Source: an uncultured Christensenellaceae bacterium | Lineage (GTDB): Bacteria > Bacillota > Clostridia > Christensenellales > UBA3700 | Direction of reading: 5' to 3' | NCBI GenBank assembly: GCA_944380305.1 | Contig: CALWHF010000003.1 | Coordinates: 66,317-130,316, forward strand | Length of the DNA: 64,000 bases | Shown here: piece after piece, positions 47,599 to 56,402 of the stretch | Layout of the letters: each line of letters starts with the position of its first letter | Numbering within the stretch: the first letter of the stretch is position 1 | The notes under the pieces: model-generated | The model's database searches: none | Told to the model about the DNA's origin: nothing | Seen by the model: only the letters and a program-made list of their open reading frames with translations | Made by a program: the position numbers and the translations under genes

Positions 47599-47627
47599 AT
47601 ATTACCCTAACCGCCCCCGATTGTCAA
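47599..47627 (-). promoter_or_regulatory. Sigma-A promoter of infC-rpmI-rplT
   Basis: The minus strand reads TTGACA, a 17-nt spacer, then TAATAT. Confidence 0.7.
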
Positions 47628-47676
47628 CGGTTTTCATACTGTTTTTGCGAAAATTTTGCGTTTTCGCGCGAAAACC

Positions 47677-48666
47677 TCAGGCTTTCTGTTCCCCCTCGGT
47701 CTCCTGCGGCTTTGCGAGCTGTTTCTTTATGCCCGCTTCGTACGCGTTGATGACCGAATATATCTGTTTGCGGAAGTACGCGCTCGCCATGATCAGCACC
47801 GCGCCTACGACGCTTATCGCTCCGTCCGGGAAGACGTAAAGCGCGTTGTATGTGAAAGAGTACGTCCACGCGTCCGCAAAGCCGTAATCCGCCGCGTATT
47901 CTCCGAAATAAACCGCTCCCGAGATGACGTGGCAGAAGTATCTGAGCACCACTCCGACGAGTATGCCCGCGCCGAGCGCGAGACCGTCCCTTGCCTTATC
48001 GGGGATCTTGTCGAGCTTTGCAAACAGCTTTCTGAATACGCCGCCCGCCAAACCTACCATCGCGAACGCAAGCGGATAGTCTAGGATATACTGTATCGGA
48101 TGCACGACCCACGGATCCTGAACCGACTGCAACAGTCCGTAGATAAATCCGCACATGACGCCCTTTTTGATGCCGAACATATACGAATACAGCGCGATCG
48201 GCAGCAGCGAGAACAGCGTGATCGAGCCGCCGTACGGAGCCTTGAACAGACGTATGTACGACAGACCGAACGCAAGCGCGATGCACACCGCCGCATACAC
48301 TATCGAGGTCGTATGAGCGCGTCCCGTATGCTTTTTGGTGTCGATCAGCATGAATACTACGAAAAGTCCGATTATCAACACCGCGAACAACGCGATCAGC
48401 AATATCTGATACTTTTCCGTGTAGGTCTCTCCCGCCTCGAAATCGGCGACCACGTTTGCTATCGCAATGCCGAGCGCGTAACCGAATATCACTCCGAGAG
48501 AGATGATCGTCGCCTTCTTCATCAGGTCGCGCTTGAAGGCATAGACGAGTGCGAGAGCCACTATCGCGACTGCGAGAAGAATAAGTCCCACGCAAAGAGA
48601 TATTCCGCGCAGGTCGTTGAAGTTGAAGTAATTGGTATACTCCGCTCCCAACAAATAACTGAACAT
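47677..48666 (-). CDS. thiT: Energy-coupling-factor S component ThiT (thiamine) with an N-terminal extra membrane domain
   Basis: The C-terminal half, APYGGSITLFSLLPIALYSYMFGIKKGVMCGFIYGLLQSVQDPWVVHPIQYILDYPLAF, is ThiT-like. It is preceded by about 130 aa with additional TM helices. A TPP riboswitch lies directly upstream. Confidence 0.75.
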   Translation of the reverse strand: MFSYLLGAEYTNYFNFNDLRGISLCVGLILLAVAIVALALVYAFKRDLMKKATIISLGVIFGYALGIAIANVVADFEAGETYTEKYQILLIALFAVLIIGLFVVFMLIDTKKHTGRAHTTSIVYAAVCIALAFGLSYIRLFKAPYGGSITLFSLLPIALYSYMFGIKKGVMCGFIYGLLQSVQDPWVVHPIQYILDYPLAFAMVGLAGGVFRKLFAKLDKIPDKARDGLALGAGILVGVVLRYFCHVISGAVYFGEYAADYGFADAWTYSFTYNALYVFPDGAISVVGAVLIMASAYFRKQIYSVINAYEAGIKKQLAKPQETEGEQKA

Positions 48667-48795
48667 AAAAAAACTCCTTAAGCTAAGGAGAACTCGAAAA
48701 TACCTGAAAGATTTTTGCTTCCTTTCGCAAGTATTAACTTGACCAAGTTCAAAGGGTATTTCTCAGCCGACTTCCGCCAGCACCCCTAGCTTTGA
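48667..48795 (-). promoter_or_regulatory. TPP (THI-box) riboswitch with terminator / SD-sequestering expression platform
   Basis: The minus strand reads CTAGGGGTGC...GCTGAGAAATACCCTTTGAACTTGGTCAAGTTAATACTTGCGAAAGGAAGC, which is the THI-box core. It is followed by the hairpin CTCCTTA-gct-TAAGGAG, T7 and the ATG. Confidence 0.88.
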
Positions 48796-48799
48796 CTAT

Positions 48800-48828
48800 A
48801 TTATAGTTACGCGCGCGAAAAATGTCAA
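48800..48828 (-). promoter_or_regulatory. Consensus sigma-A promoter of the thiT riboswitch unit
   Basis: The minus strand reads TTGACA, a 17-nt spacer, then TATAAT. Confidence 0.75.
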
Positions 48829-49012
48829 ATATTTGACCGCACGAATGAAAATCAAATATCGATTTTTCGCAACGCGGTGGAGATAGAGGGTCTCCACCAT
48901 ACGTTTAGACATTCCCGTATGATTCATGTCGGTGAGGTTACCTGGACTTCACAAATTGCGAAAAGGCAAGAAAAAGACCCGCGGTAATACTCTTACAGTA
49001 AAGGTTTCAAAA

Positions 49013-49185
49013 ATTGCCGAAGCGACCGACGAAAACACGCTGCGATGTGTTTTGAGCGAGAGGATTTGCGGGTAAACGAGAAGAGCCTCGGTGGTAATAC
49101 TCTTGCGGTATTACCGTCGAGGCTCGACAATGTTTAATCGTAAATCAGCCGTTCAAAACCGTGTTTGAGTCGGTCGCTTCGGCAG
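49013..49185. repeat. Module of about 170 nt bracketed by long inverted repeats (MITE-like or structured 3' UTR)
   Basis: GCCGAAGCGACCGAC (49016-49030) is perfectly complementary to GTCGGTCGCTTCGGC (49169-49183). The pairing extends to about 23 nt with two mismatches. The module encloses the pgi terminator and an AAAACAC/GTGTTTT hairpin. Confidence 0.6.
49083..49125 (-). terminator. Probable pgi terminator hairpin
   Basis: GAGCCTCG..GGTAATAC pairs with GTATTACC..CGAGGCTC, giving 16 bp with a 2-nt internal mismatch. On the minus strand it is followed by TTCTCGTTT. Confidence 0.6.
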
Positions 49186-49186
49186 A

Positions 49187-50602
49187 TTATATAATATATT
49201 TGTTGAGTTTCTGCGGAGCGTTTGCAAGCTCTGCTCTCTTCTCGTCGTAACCGGGACGACCGAGGAGCGCGTAGGTCGCGTTCTTGCCCTCTTCAACGCC
49301 GGGCTGGTTGAAGGTATCGATGCCCATGAGCGCGCCAGCGTAAGCGGTCTTGAGCATGAAGAACATCAGAAGCTCGCCGAGCGTGAACTCGTTGAGTACG
49401 GGGAGCATGATAGTATGATTGAGTTTGCCCGCCTTGGTCAGCGCGTATTCGGTCGCCTTTCTCTCAGCGGTGATCAGCTCGTTCATCGTATGTCCGCACA
49501 GGAAATTGACGTTGGGGAAATCCTCGCAGCCCTGCGGTATTTTGACCTCTTCGCGGTAATTGTCCACGCCGATAAAGGTAATGACCTTGTCGAAAGGACC
49601 TTCGGCATACAGCTGGACCTGGCTGTGCTGGTCGGTAACGCCGAGGGACTTGACGGGGGTCTGACCCTTGTTGCACGCGGTACCGTCGAGGTTCTTGTTC
49701 TTGCCGAGGCTCTCTGCCCACAGCTGAGCGTACCAGTCTGCGACGTACTTGAGACCGTCGGCATACGGCATCATGACCGAGATATTCTTGCCTCTCTTCA
49801 TCGCCATGTACTGCATGAGCGCGGCGAGGAGTGCGGGGTTCTTCTTGACGTTGGGGTTATTGCACTGCTCGTCCATATAGCGTGCACCCTGGAGAAGTCC
49901 CTTGATGTCGATATTGACGACCGCCGCGGGAAGCAGACCTACGGGGCAAAGCTCGCTGAATCTGCCGCCGACTCCGTCGGGGATATAGAAAGTCTTGTAA
50001 CCTTCCTTCTGAGCTATCTTTATAAGATTGCCGCTGTTTGCGGAAGTGGTCGCGATGATGTGATCTTTCGCCTTGTCGCCGAGTTTGCTCTTCAGTATAT
50101 CGTTGATGATAAGATACTGGGTCATGGTCTCGGAAGTGCTGCCCGACTTGGTGATGACGTTGAACATCGTCTTTTCGACGTCGATCACGTCGAACAAAGC
50201 CGCCATTCTCTCTGGATCAACGTTGTCTTCGACGTAGAATTTGGGTCCCTTGCGCTTACGCTTGGGAAGGTCGTTGTAATGCAGGTGGCAGATAGCCTGA
50301 AAAGCCGCTATAGGACCGAGCGCGCTGCCGCCTATGCCGAGCACCACGAAGTACTCGAAATTCTTGCGGACGTGCTTTGCGGTAGCGAGAATGTCCTCGA
50401 CTACGGCGTCCTGATTATAGGGAAGTTCGGTCCACCCCATCATTCCCTTGCCTCTGCCTGCGTTGACCGCGGCGAAAGCAGCCTCGACCTCTTCCACATA
50501 GGAAGCTATCTGTCTTTCGGAAAAACCCTCGTGTCCGACGGACTTGCTCATCATATTGTTGAAGTCAACGCGGAGTCTGAGCTCTTTCTTGTTATAACGC
50601 AT
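49187..50602 (-). CDS. pgi: Glucose-6-phosphate isomerase
   Basis: The 471-aa protein has the PGI pattern, including VVLGIGGSALGP and ...GVTDQHSQVQLY.... Confidence 0.9.
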   Translation of the reverse strand: MRYNKKELRLRVDFNNMMSKSVGHEGFSERQIASYVEEVEAAFAAVNAGRGKGMMGWTELPYNQDAVVEDILATAKHVRKNFEYFVVLGIGGSALGPIAAFQAICHLHYNDLPKRKRKGPKFYVEDNVDPERMAALFDVIDVEKTMFNVITKSGSTSETMTQYLIINDILKSKLGDKAKDHIIATTSANSGNLIKIAQKEGYKTFYIPDGVGGRFSELCPVGLLPAAVVNIDIKGLLQGARYMDEQCNNPNVKKNPALLAALMQYMAMKRGKNISVMMPYADGLKYVADWYAQLWAESLGKNKNLDGTACNKGQTPVKSLGVTDQHSQVQLYAEGPFDKVITFIGVDNYREEVKIPQGCEDFPNVNFLCGHTMNELITAERKATEYALTKAGKLNHTIMLPVLNEFTLGELLMFFMLKTAYAGALMGIDTFNQPGVEEGKNATYALLGRPGYDEKRAELANAPQKLNKYII

Positions 50603-50735
50603 ATATTTCTCCTTTTTACACGCAGAAGTCGCGCGCTTGTATCTTTTCTGAAATTACGGTGCGAATAAAACCGTCTCAGTTTTGGACGAAAAACGTATTT
50701 TTTTCCGTTTTATCCCTTTTCGCACCCGAATTAAT

Positions 50736-50764
50736 ATTATAACTACCCCCGTATTAAAAGTCAA
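50736..50764 (-). promoter_or_regulatory. Sigma-A promoter of pgi
   Basis: The minus strand reads TTGACT, a 17-nt spacer, then TATAAT. The -35 overlaps the stop codon of the upstream gene. Confidence 0.6.
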
Positions 50765-51594
50765 CGGGTTGAGGCTTTGATTTCACACTCTTTCAAAAAT
50801 TCGAAAGCTCTTTTCAGCTCGTCTTCTTCGCGGTAACTCTTGGTATACACTTCCATCAGGCACGGTCCTTCGTAGCCCGCATCGGCGAGTTCGCGGTAGA
50901 GCTCTTCGAAATCGAAACTGCCTCTCCCGGGGAGACACAGATTGCCGCTCGGGTCGTAATCGCAAAGATGCACCGTTTTTAGTCTGCCCCTCATCGAGTC
51001 AAGGTATTCTTTCCAGCTTATCTCCGACTGCATCGCCTGTTTGACGTCGAGCGTCGCGCCCAGTTTCGGGCAGCGGTCCTTTATAGCGTCGAAGAATACG
51101 GGATTGCAGAAATACGCCCAGTGCACGTTCTCGTAACAGAGAGTGACGCCGTATTTCTCCGCAAGATCGCACAGCACGTTGACACGCTCTGAAATAAGAT
51201 CGTAATTAAAGCTGTATTTTACCGCTTTTTTCAGCATGGTCGCGCCGTGAAAAGTATAATAATGCGCTCCTATGCTCTTTGCGACGGCAAGCACCGACTC
51301 GTAGGTCTCGAGAGCGTCGGCATACGCACGCGAATTGAGGCTGTAGAGTTCGGGCTCGAACTGGTTTGTCAGCGCGTGCACCGAATGAACTTTCAGCCCG
51401 TCCGCTTTCGCTATCCGCTCATTGAGCACTTCGGCGAACTCTCTTTTGTATTCGCAACGCGACGCGAAGAACACTTCGCACGTCTTTGCGCCCAGTTTTG
51501 CTATCTCGCTCAAAGCGTCTTCGGTATAAAGTCTGGGAAAAAACGAAGCGGTAGAAATTCCGGTTTCCATATTAATTATTATATCATTATTCAT
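50761..51594 (-). CDS. Sugar phosphate isomerase/epimerase (xylose isomerase-like TIM barrel)
   Basis: The AP_endonuc_2-type pattern includes FHG, ENV and HLCD metal-ligand contexts. The start is uncertain: ATG 51594 or ATG 51570, and neither has a clear SD. Confidence 0.7.
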   Translation of the reverse strand: MNNDIIINMETGISTASFFPRLYTEDALSEIAKLGAKTCEVFFASRCEYKREFAEVLNERIAKADGLKVHSVHALTNQFEPELYSLNSRAYADALETYESVLAVAKSIGAHYYTFHGATMLKKAVKYSFNYDLISERVNVLCDLAEKYGVTLCYENVHWAYFCNPVFFDAIKDRCPKLGATLDVKQAMQSEISWKEYLDSMRGRLKTVHLCDYDPSGNLCLPGRGSFDFEELYRELADAGYEGPCLMEVYTKSYREEDELKRAFEFLKECEIKASTR

Positions 51595-51812
51595 AATTCT
51601 TGCAACAGATTTTTTGCGATGCTGCCGAAAATGCTCATCCCGTACGAAAGTGCGCTTTCGTCGCCAGAACGTATACCCTAGTGTACGCAACGCGTGCGCA
51701 CGCCTGTTTACAAAAATTTGACAAACAGGTTGATTTTTGAGTTATTCAACGATTGTGTATTTTGCGCGGGTATGATATACTCTATATGTTAAAATATTTT
51801 TAAGGAGAAATT

Positions 51813-54533
51813 ATGGCTAAGTTTACCAGATGGCTTTTGAAGTACCGGTACATAGTGCTTGGCGTGCTGATCCTTCTGCTTGCACTGTCCGTTGTAGGCA
51901 GTATGCTCGTAGATAAAGAAAGCGACGTTTTGTCCTACCTTGATAAAGACAGCGACACCGTTAGAGGAAAAGAGATCCTCAATCAGGAATTTTCGATAGT
52001 CGGCGATTGTACGATAGGACTTTCCTACCTGACAAAAGAAGAGGTTGGCGAGATCATCAGCGACTTCGAAAACAGCGGAGCGATCGGCAAAGCCACAGTC
52101 GAAGAAAACGGCAAAAAGGTCAAATTGCTGAGCAAACTCGTATGGATGGGCACTTTCGATGCGCTCGAACAGCTTGAAGGCGAAATAGATACCGCACCGA
52201 TGATGGAAATGCTTGCGAAAAAATTCCAACTCAATTCCGACGGCGTCGATACTTTCGTGGTCAATCTGTACTTCGTTCGTTCCGGATCGGACAACTCGAT
52301 CATAACGGCTCTGGATACTGCCGAAAAAATAATCAGAACGGCTTACGAGACGAAGATAAAAGCAGGCGAAATTAATGTCGAGGTAGACGACTGTTACTAC
52401 ATAGGCGGTATGGCGCAGAACGCGCGAGTGCTCGTAGACAGCTCCGTCAACGATATGCCCAAGTTCGTAGCTGCGGCGGTCGTCTGCGTATTCATCATCC
52501 TGTTCATCTCTACCAACAGCTATCTCGAGCCGATAATCTTCCTTGCGACGCTGGGTATTTCGATACTTCTCAATATGGGCACCAACCTGATCGCAGGCAA
52601 CCCGATGGGTACGATTTCGACGATAACGTCATCGTGCTCGTCCATACTCCAGCTCGCGATCTCGATGGACTACTCGATCTTCCTTATGCACACCTATTAC
52701 GAAGAAAGGCGAACGGGTAAAGACCCGAAAGAAGCTCTTATTTCCGCTATGCCGAAAACACTCAAGTCTATAATGGCGAGTGCTTTGACGACGATAGGCG
52801 GTTTCGTCGCACTGTTCTTCATGACCTACGGTATGGGCTACGACCTCGGTTTCGTTCTCGCGAAAGGCGTCTTGCTTTCTCTGCTCGCGGTCTTATTCGT
52901 GCAACCGATACTCATACTCTTCTGCCGCAAACTGATAGACAAGACTCACCACGACTGGATCATCACCCCGAGACTCAATTTCATAGGCAAAACCATCACT
53001 TCGAAGGGTGTAGCGATATTCGTACTCGTACTCTGCGTCGCGATAGCGATCCCGTCTTCCATACTGCAAAGCCAGGCTCCGCTCAACTATATCACGATGA
53101 CTCAGGAAACTCCTCCCGAAGAAATGTCGTTGGCGGAAAGAGAAATAACCTCTCTGAACAATCAGATAATAATGTGCGTGCCGATGACCTACGAAAATAC
53201 CGTCGAAGGTTCGCCCCAGTATAATCAGAAAGCGGCTTACAACATAGACCTCTCGACTCAATACGATTTTATAGAAAAGGTAAAACAGGTCGGCTCCGAA
53301 AACGATACTATGGCAAATTCGATCGAGGGATACGGAAGTGCCTCCGTCACTGACATATTCTCTCTCGGCACGATGCTCGACAGCGAGACAATGGACACTC
53401 TGAAGTCAAATGCGGCATGGTCGATAATCGCTTCTGAGCTCGAAAAACAGCTGTTCGGCAGCTTTATATCCAATATTTCGGCTACCGCACCCGGCTCACA
53501 GCACTATATGCTGTACACGATCAATCTGACGGGCGCGCCCGAAGACGTTGAAAGCTACAACGCGATGCTCAAGATCAGATCTATCGCAAACGACACGTTC
53601 GGAGCGGAAAACGTGTACATCACCGGTCTCGTGCAAGGCGCATACGAGCTCTACACCGTCACCCCCGACGACTTCACTCTCGTCAACGTACTCAGCGCGG
53701 TCATAGTCTTCGCGGTTCTGCTGATCACGTTCCGCAAGCCGATAATGAGCGTTATCCTGCTGCTTGTCATCGAAACGGGTATCTGGGCTAACCTTACGCT
53801 CGTTTACCTGATAGGAGACAAGATAAACTTTATCGCATACCTGATAGTCAGCGCGATACAGCTCGGTGCGACGGTCGACTATGCAATATTGTTCACAAGC
53901 AAGTATTACGAAGAAAAAGAGACCAGCACGGGTATCGTCGCGGTCAAAAACGCGGTGCACCGCTCCGCCCCGAGCGTTATTACGTCGGCGGCGATACTGA
54001 TATTCGCCTGCGTAGCGGTCAATACACTGACAACAAACGTGATAGTAGCGCAGATAACCCGTCTTATAGCGATAGGCACCGTCTTCAGCCTGATACTCGT
54101 GTTCACGCTGCTTCCGTCGATACTCTCTCTCAAAGAGCGCGCAACCCGCAAAATATATATCAAACGCGGCAAAGGCGATCCCGACGAAGCAAAGGATAAC
54201 GTACCTATCTACGACAAAAAAGCTCAGGCAAAAGGTCTTGCAAAGGCAGCCAAAGTCGGTCTCAAAGGCGTTATATTTGCAGGAGTCAGCGCGGCTGACA
54301 TAGAAAAAGCCGAAGAAATCGTATCTGCACCCGTGTCCGCCGTATATCCCGAAGACAACGCGTCTTCTGCGTCCGACAACAACTTAACCGCCGATACTAT
54401 GACCGTTGCGACGGAAGACGGGAACGCAAGCGAAAGCACTGAAAAAGACGTACCCGCAGAAGCAAAGAGCGAAACTTCATCCAAGAAAACGGGCGCGAAG
54501 AAAAAATCTCCGAAAAAGAGCTCCGATAAATAA
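51813..54533 (+). CDS. MMPL/RND-superfamily membrane transporter with low-complexity C-terminal tail
   Basis: The 906-aa protein has two 6-TM bundles separated by extracytoplasmic domains. AAGGAGA precedes the ATG. The C-terminal 130 aa or so are rich in K, A, S and E. Confidence 0.75.
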   Translation: MAKFTRWLLKYRYIVLGVLILLLALSVVGSMLVDKESDVLSYLDKDSDTVRGKEILNQEFSIVGDCTIGLSYLTKEEVGEIISDFENSGAIGKATVEENGKKVKLLSKLVWMGTFDALEQLEGEIDTAPMMEMLAKKFQLNSDGVDTFVVNLYFVRSGSDNSIITALDTAEKIIRTAYETKIKAGEINVEVDDCYYIGGMAQNARVLVDSSVNDMPKFVAAAVVCVFIILFISTNSYLEPIIFLATLGISILLNMGTNLIAGNPMGTISTITSSCSSILQLAISMDYSIFLMHTYYEERRTGKDPKEALISAMPKTLKSIMASALTTIGGFVALFFMTYGMGYDLGFVLAKGVLLSLLAVLFVQPILILFCRKLIDKTHHDWIITPRLNFIGKTITSKGVAIFVLVLCVAIAIPSSILQSQAPLNYITMTQETPPEEMSLAEREITSLNNQIIMCVPMTYENTVEGSPQYNQKAAYNIDLSTQYDFIEKVKQVGSENDTMANSIEGYGSASVTDIFSLGTMLDSETMDTLKSNAAWSIIASELEKQLFGSFISNISATAPGSQHYMLYTINLTGAPEDVESYNAMLKIRSIANDTFGAENVYITGLVQGAYELYTVTPDDFTLVNVLSAVIVFAVLLITFRKPIMSVILLLVIETGIWANLTLVYLIGDKINFIAYLIVSAIQLGATVDYAILFTSKYYEEKETSTGIVAVKNAVHRSAPSVITSAAILIFACVAVNTLTTNVIVAQITRLIAIGTVFSLILVFTLLPSILSLKERATRKIYIKRGKGDPDEAKDNVPIYDKKAQAKGLAKAAKVGLKGVIFAGVSAADIEKAEEIVSAPVSAVYPEDNASSASDNNLTADTMTVATEDGNASESTEKDVPAEAKSETSSKKTGAKKKSPKKSSDK

Positions 54534-54606
54534 TCGGCAGTTCCCTGACGGATAACGCGGCTGTCTCCTTCCCCGCAAGGACAATACCGAAAATCAAACA
54601 AACCAA

Positions 54607-54639
54607 ATATCCCCGCTTTTTCGGCGGGGATATTTTATT
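54607..54639 (+). terminator. Rho-independent terminator of the MMPL gene
   Basis: ATATCCCCGC pairs with GCGGGGATAT, followed by TTTATT. Confidence 0.8.
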
Positions 54640-54727
54640 GCCTCGATTAGGAATAGTCACGGTATTAAAAACACATTTATTCGGTTTCAAAAAAAAGCCC
54701 CTCTCTTTTGAGATGAACCCCAAAAGT

Positions 54728-54769
54728 GATGTGCACCCCAAAAGTTAGACACTTTTGGAGGTGCACATC
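54728..54769. repeat. Long imperfect palindrome downstream of ridA
   Basis: GATGTGCACCCCAAAAGT-tagac-ACTTTTGGAGGTGCACATC forms 18 bp with one bulge. The decamer CCCCAAAAGT also occurs as a direct repeat at 54717-54727. Confidence 0.6.
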
Positions 54770-54805
54770 ATTTCGGGAAGGGACTTTTTCGTTATTTGTG
54801 TTTTA

Positions 54806-55177
54806 TCAAAGCTCAGTCACGGTGTCTATCTCTACCAGCACGTTCTTTGGAAGTGTTTTTACCGCCACGCACGAACGCGCTGGCTTGGATACGAAGTGTT
54901 TTGCATAGACAGCGTTGAACGCAGCGAAATCGCTCATATCTGCGAGGAAACAGACTGTCTTTACGACCTTCGAAATATCCGTTCCCGCCGCCTTGAGCAG
55001 GTTTTCGATATTGGTGCAGACGAGTTCGGTCTGCTCCTCTATCGTTGCGCCTTCCACGTTGCCCGTCGCGGGATTGATAGCAATTTGCCCCGAAGTGTAG
55101 ACGGTATTTCCGCTCACTATCGCCTGAGAATACGGTCCTATCGCCTGAGGTGCGTCGTTTGTGCTAATATATTTCAT
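54806..55177 (-). CDS. ridA: RidA family reactive-intermediate (enamine/imine) deaminase
   Basis: The product begins MKYISTNDAPQAIGPYSQAIVSGNTVYTSGQIAINP.... Confidence 0.9.
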   Translation of the reverse strand: MKYISTNDAPQAIGPYSQAIVSGNTVYTSGQIAINPATGNVEGATIEEQTELVCTNIENLLKAAGTDISKVVKTVCFLADMSDFAAFNAVYAKHFVSKPARSCVAVKTLPKNVLVEIDTVTEL

Positions 55178-55196
55178 ATTTATGCCTCCGTGTTGA

Positions 55197-56390
55197 TTAT
55201 ACGAGTTTGAAGCCTCTGTCCGTCAGAGCCTTTCTTATCACTGCGATATGATCGAAATTCTTTGTCTCGACCTGTATGCGCAGAAAACATCCGTTTACGT
55301 CACTACCCTCGTTAGCTCTTTCGTGATGTACCGAAATAACGTTGCCGCCGAGATCCGCGATTATCGTCGCGACGTCCTTGAGCTGCCCCGGCTTATCGAG
55401 AAGTTCGATCATAAGCATCGTATTCCTGCCTGACATAAGCAGTCCTCTCTTGATGACTCTCGAAAGTATCGTAACGTCGATGTTACCGCCCGAAAGCAGG
55501 CAGCATACCTTCTTACCTTCTACGGGTATCTTGTTGAACAGTACCGCCGCGACCGAAACCGCGCCTGCGCCTTCGGTGACCAGTTTCTGCTGTTCGATAA
55601 GGCTGAGTATCGCCGCCGAGATCTCGTCGTCGCTTACGCTGACGATGCCGTCGACGTATTTGCTGCAGAACTCGAACGTGTTGACACCGGGCTCTTTCAC
55701 CGCTATACCGTCGGCTATCGTAGAGACATTGTCTAGCTTTTCTATCTTGTGATCGTGCACGCTGTTGAGCATGCTCGGAGCACCGCTCGCCTGTACGCCG
55801 TAGACCTTTACGCTGGGTTTCAGACATTTTATCGCATATGCCACGCCGCTAATAAGACCGCCGCCGCCGATAGGCACTACCACCGCGTCGACGTTTGGCA
55901 GCTGGTCGAGTATTTCGAGACCGATCGTACCCTGTCCCGCAATCACGTCGATGTCGTCGAACGGGTGAATGAAAGTATAGCCGAATTCGTCCTTGAGCTG
56001 AAGTGCCTTATTGTACGCATCGTCGTAGACGCCTTTCACCAAACAAATCTCGGCACCGAGATGTCTCGTTGCCTCCACTTTCGAAATAGGCGCGCCGTCA
56101 GGCAGGCATATCAGAGATTTTATCCCGTTCTTGGTAGCCGCAAGCGCGACGCCCTGAGCGTGATTGCCCGCAGAACAAGCGATTACGCCTTTTTTCTTTT
56201 CTTCCTCGCTGAGCTGCGAGATCTTGTAATACGCGCCTCTGACCTTAAACGAGCCTGTGACCTGCAGGTTTTCGGCCTTCAGGAACACTTCGCATTTCTT
56301 GCAAAGGTTGGGAGCGTAAATCATATCTGTCGGGCGGATCGCCTCTTTGAGCACGAACGCCGCGTGATATATCTTGTCTAACGTCAACAT
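55197..56390 (-). CDS. ilvA: Threonine ammonia-lyase (short form with one ACT-like domain)
   Basis: The PLP-lysine motif is ENLQVTGSFKVRGA, and SAGNHAQGVA and a glycine loop are also present. Confidence 0.88.
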   Translation of the reverse strand: MLTLDKIYHAAFVLKEAIRPTDMIYAPNLCKKCEVFLKAENLQVTGSFKVRGAYYKISQLSEEEKKKGVIACSAGNHAQGVALAATKNGIKSLICLPDGAPISKVEATRHLGAEICLVKGVYDDAYNKALQLKDEFGYTFIHPFDDIDVIAGQGTIGLEILDQLPNVDAVVVPIGGGGLISGVAYAIKCLKPSVKVYGVQASGAPSMLNSVHDHKIEKLDNVSTIADGIAVKEPGVNTFEFCSKYVDGIVSVSDDEISAAILSLIEQQKLVTEGAGAVSVAAVLFNKIPVEGKKVCCLLSGGNIDVTILSRVIKRGLLMSGRNTMLMIELLDKPGQLKDVATIIADLGGNVISVHHERANEGSDVNGCFLRIQVETKNFDHIAVIRKALTDRGFKLV

Positions 56391-56402
56391 ATTTGTACCT
56401 CT

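Noticed and set aside
48921-48989. A 22-codon plus-strand mini-ORF (MIHVGEVTWTSQIAKRQEKDPR) in the pgi-thiT intergenic region.
   Set aside because: It has no SD and is too short to evaluate. The region is better explained by RNA and DNA structure.
51703-51729. Inverted repeat CCTGTTT-N13-AAACAGG overlapping a TTGACA hexamer upstream of the MMPL gene, considered as a possible TetR-type operator.
   Set aside because: The arms are only 7 bp, there is no adjacent regulator gene, and no convincing -10 lies at the right distance. It could easily be chance.
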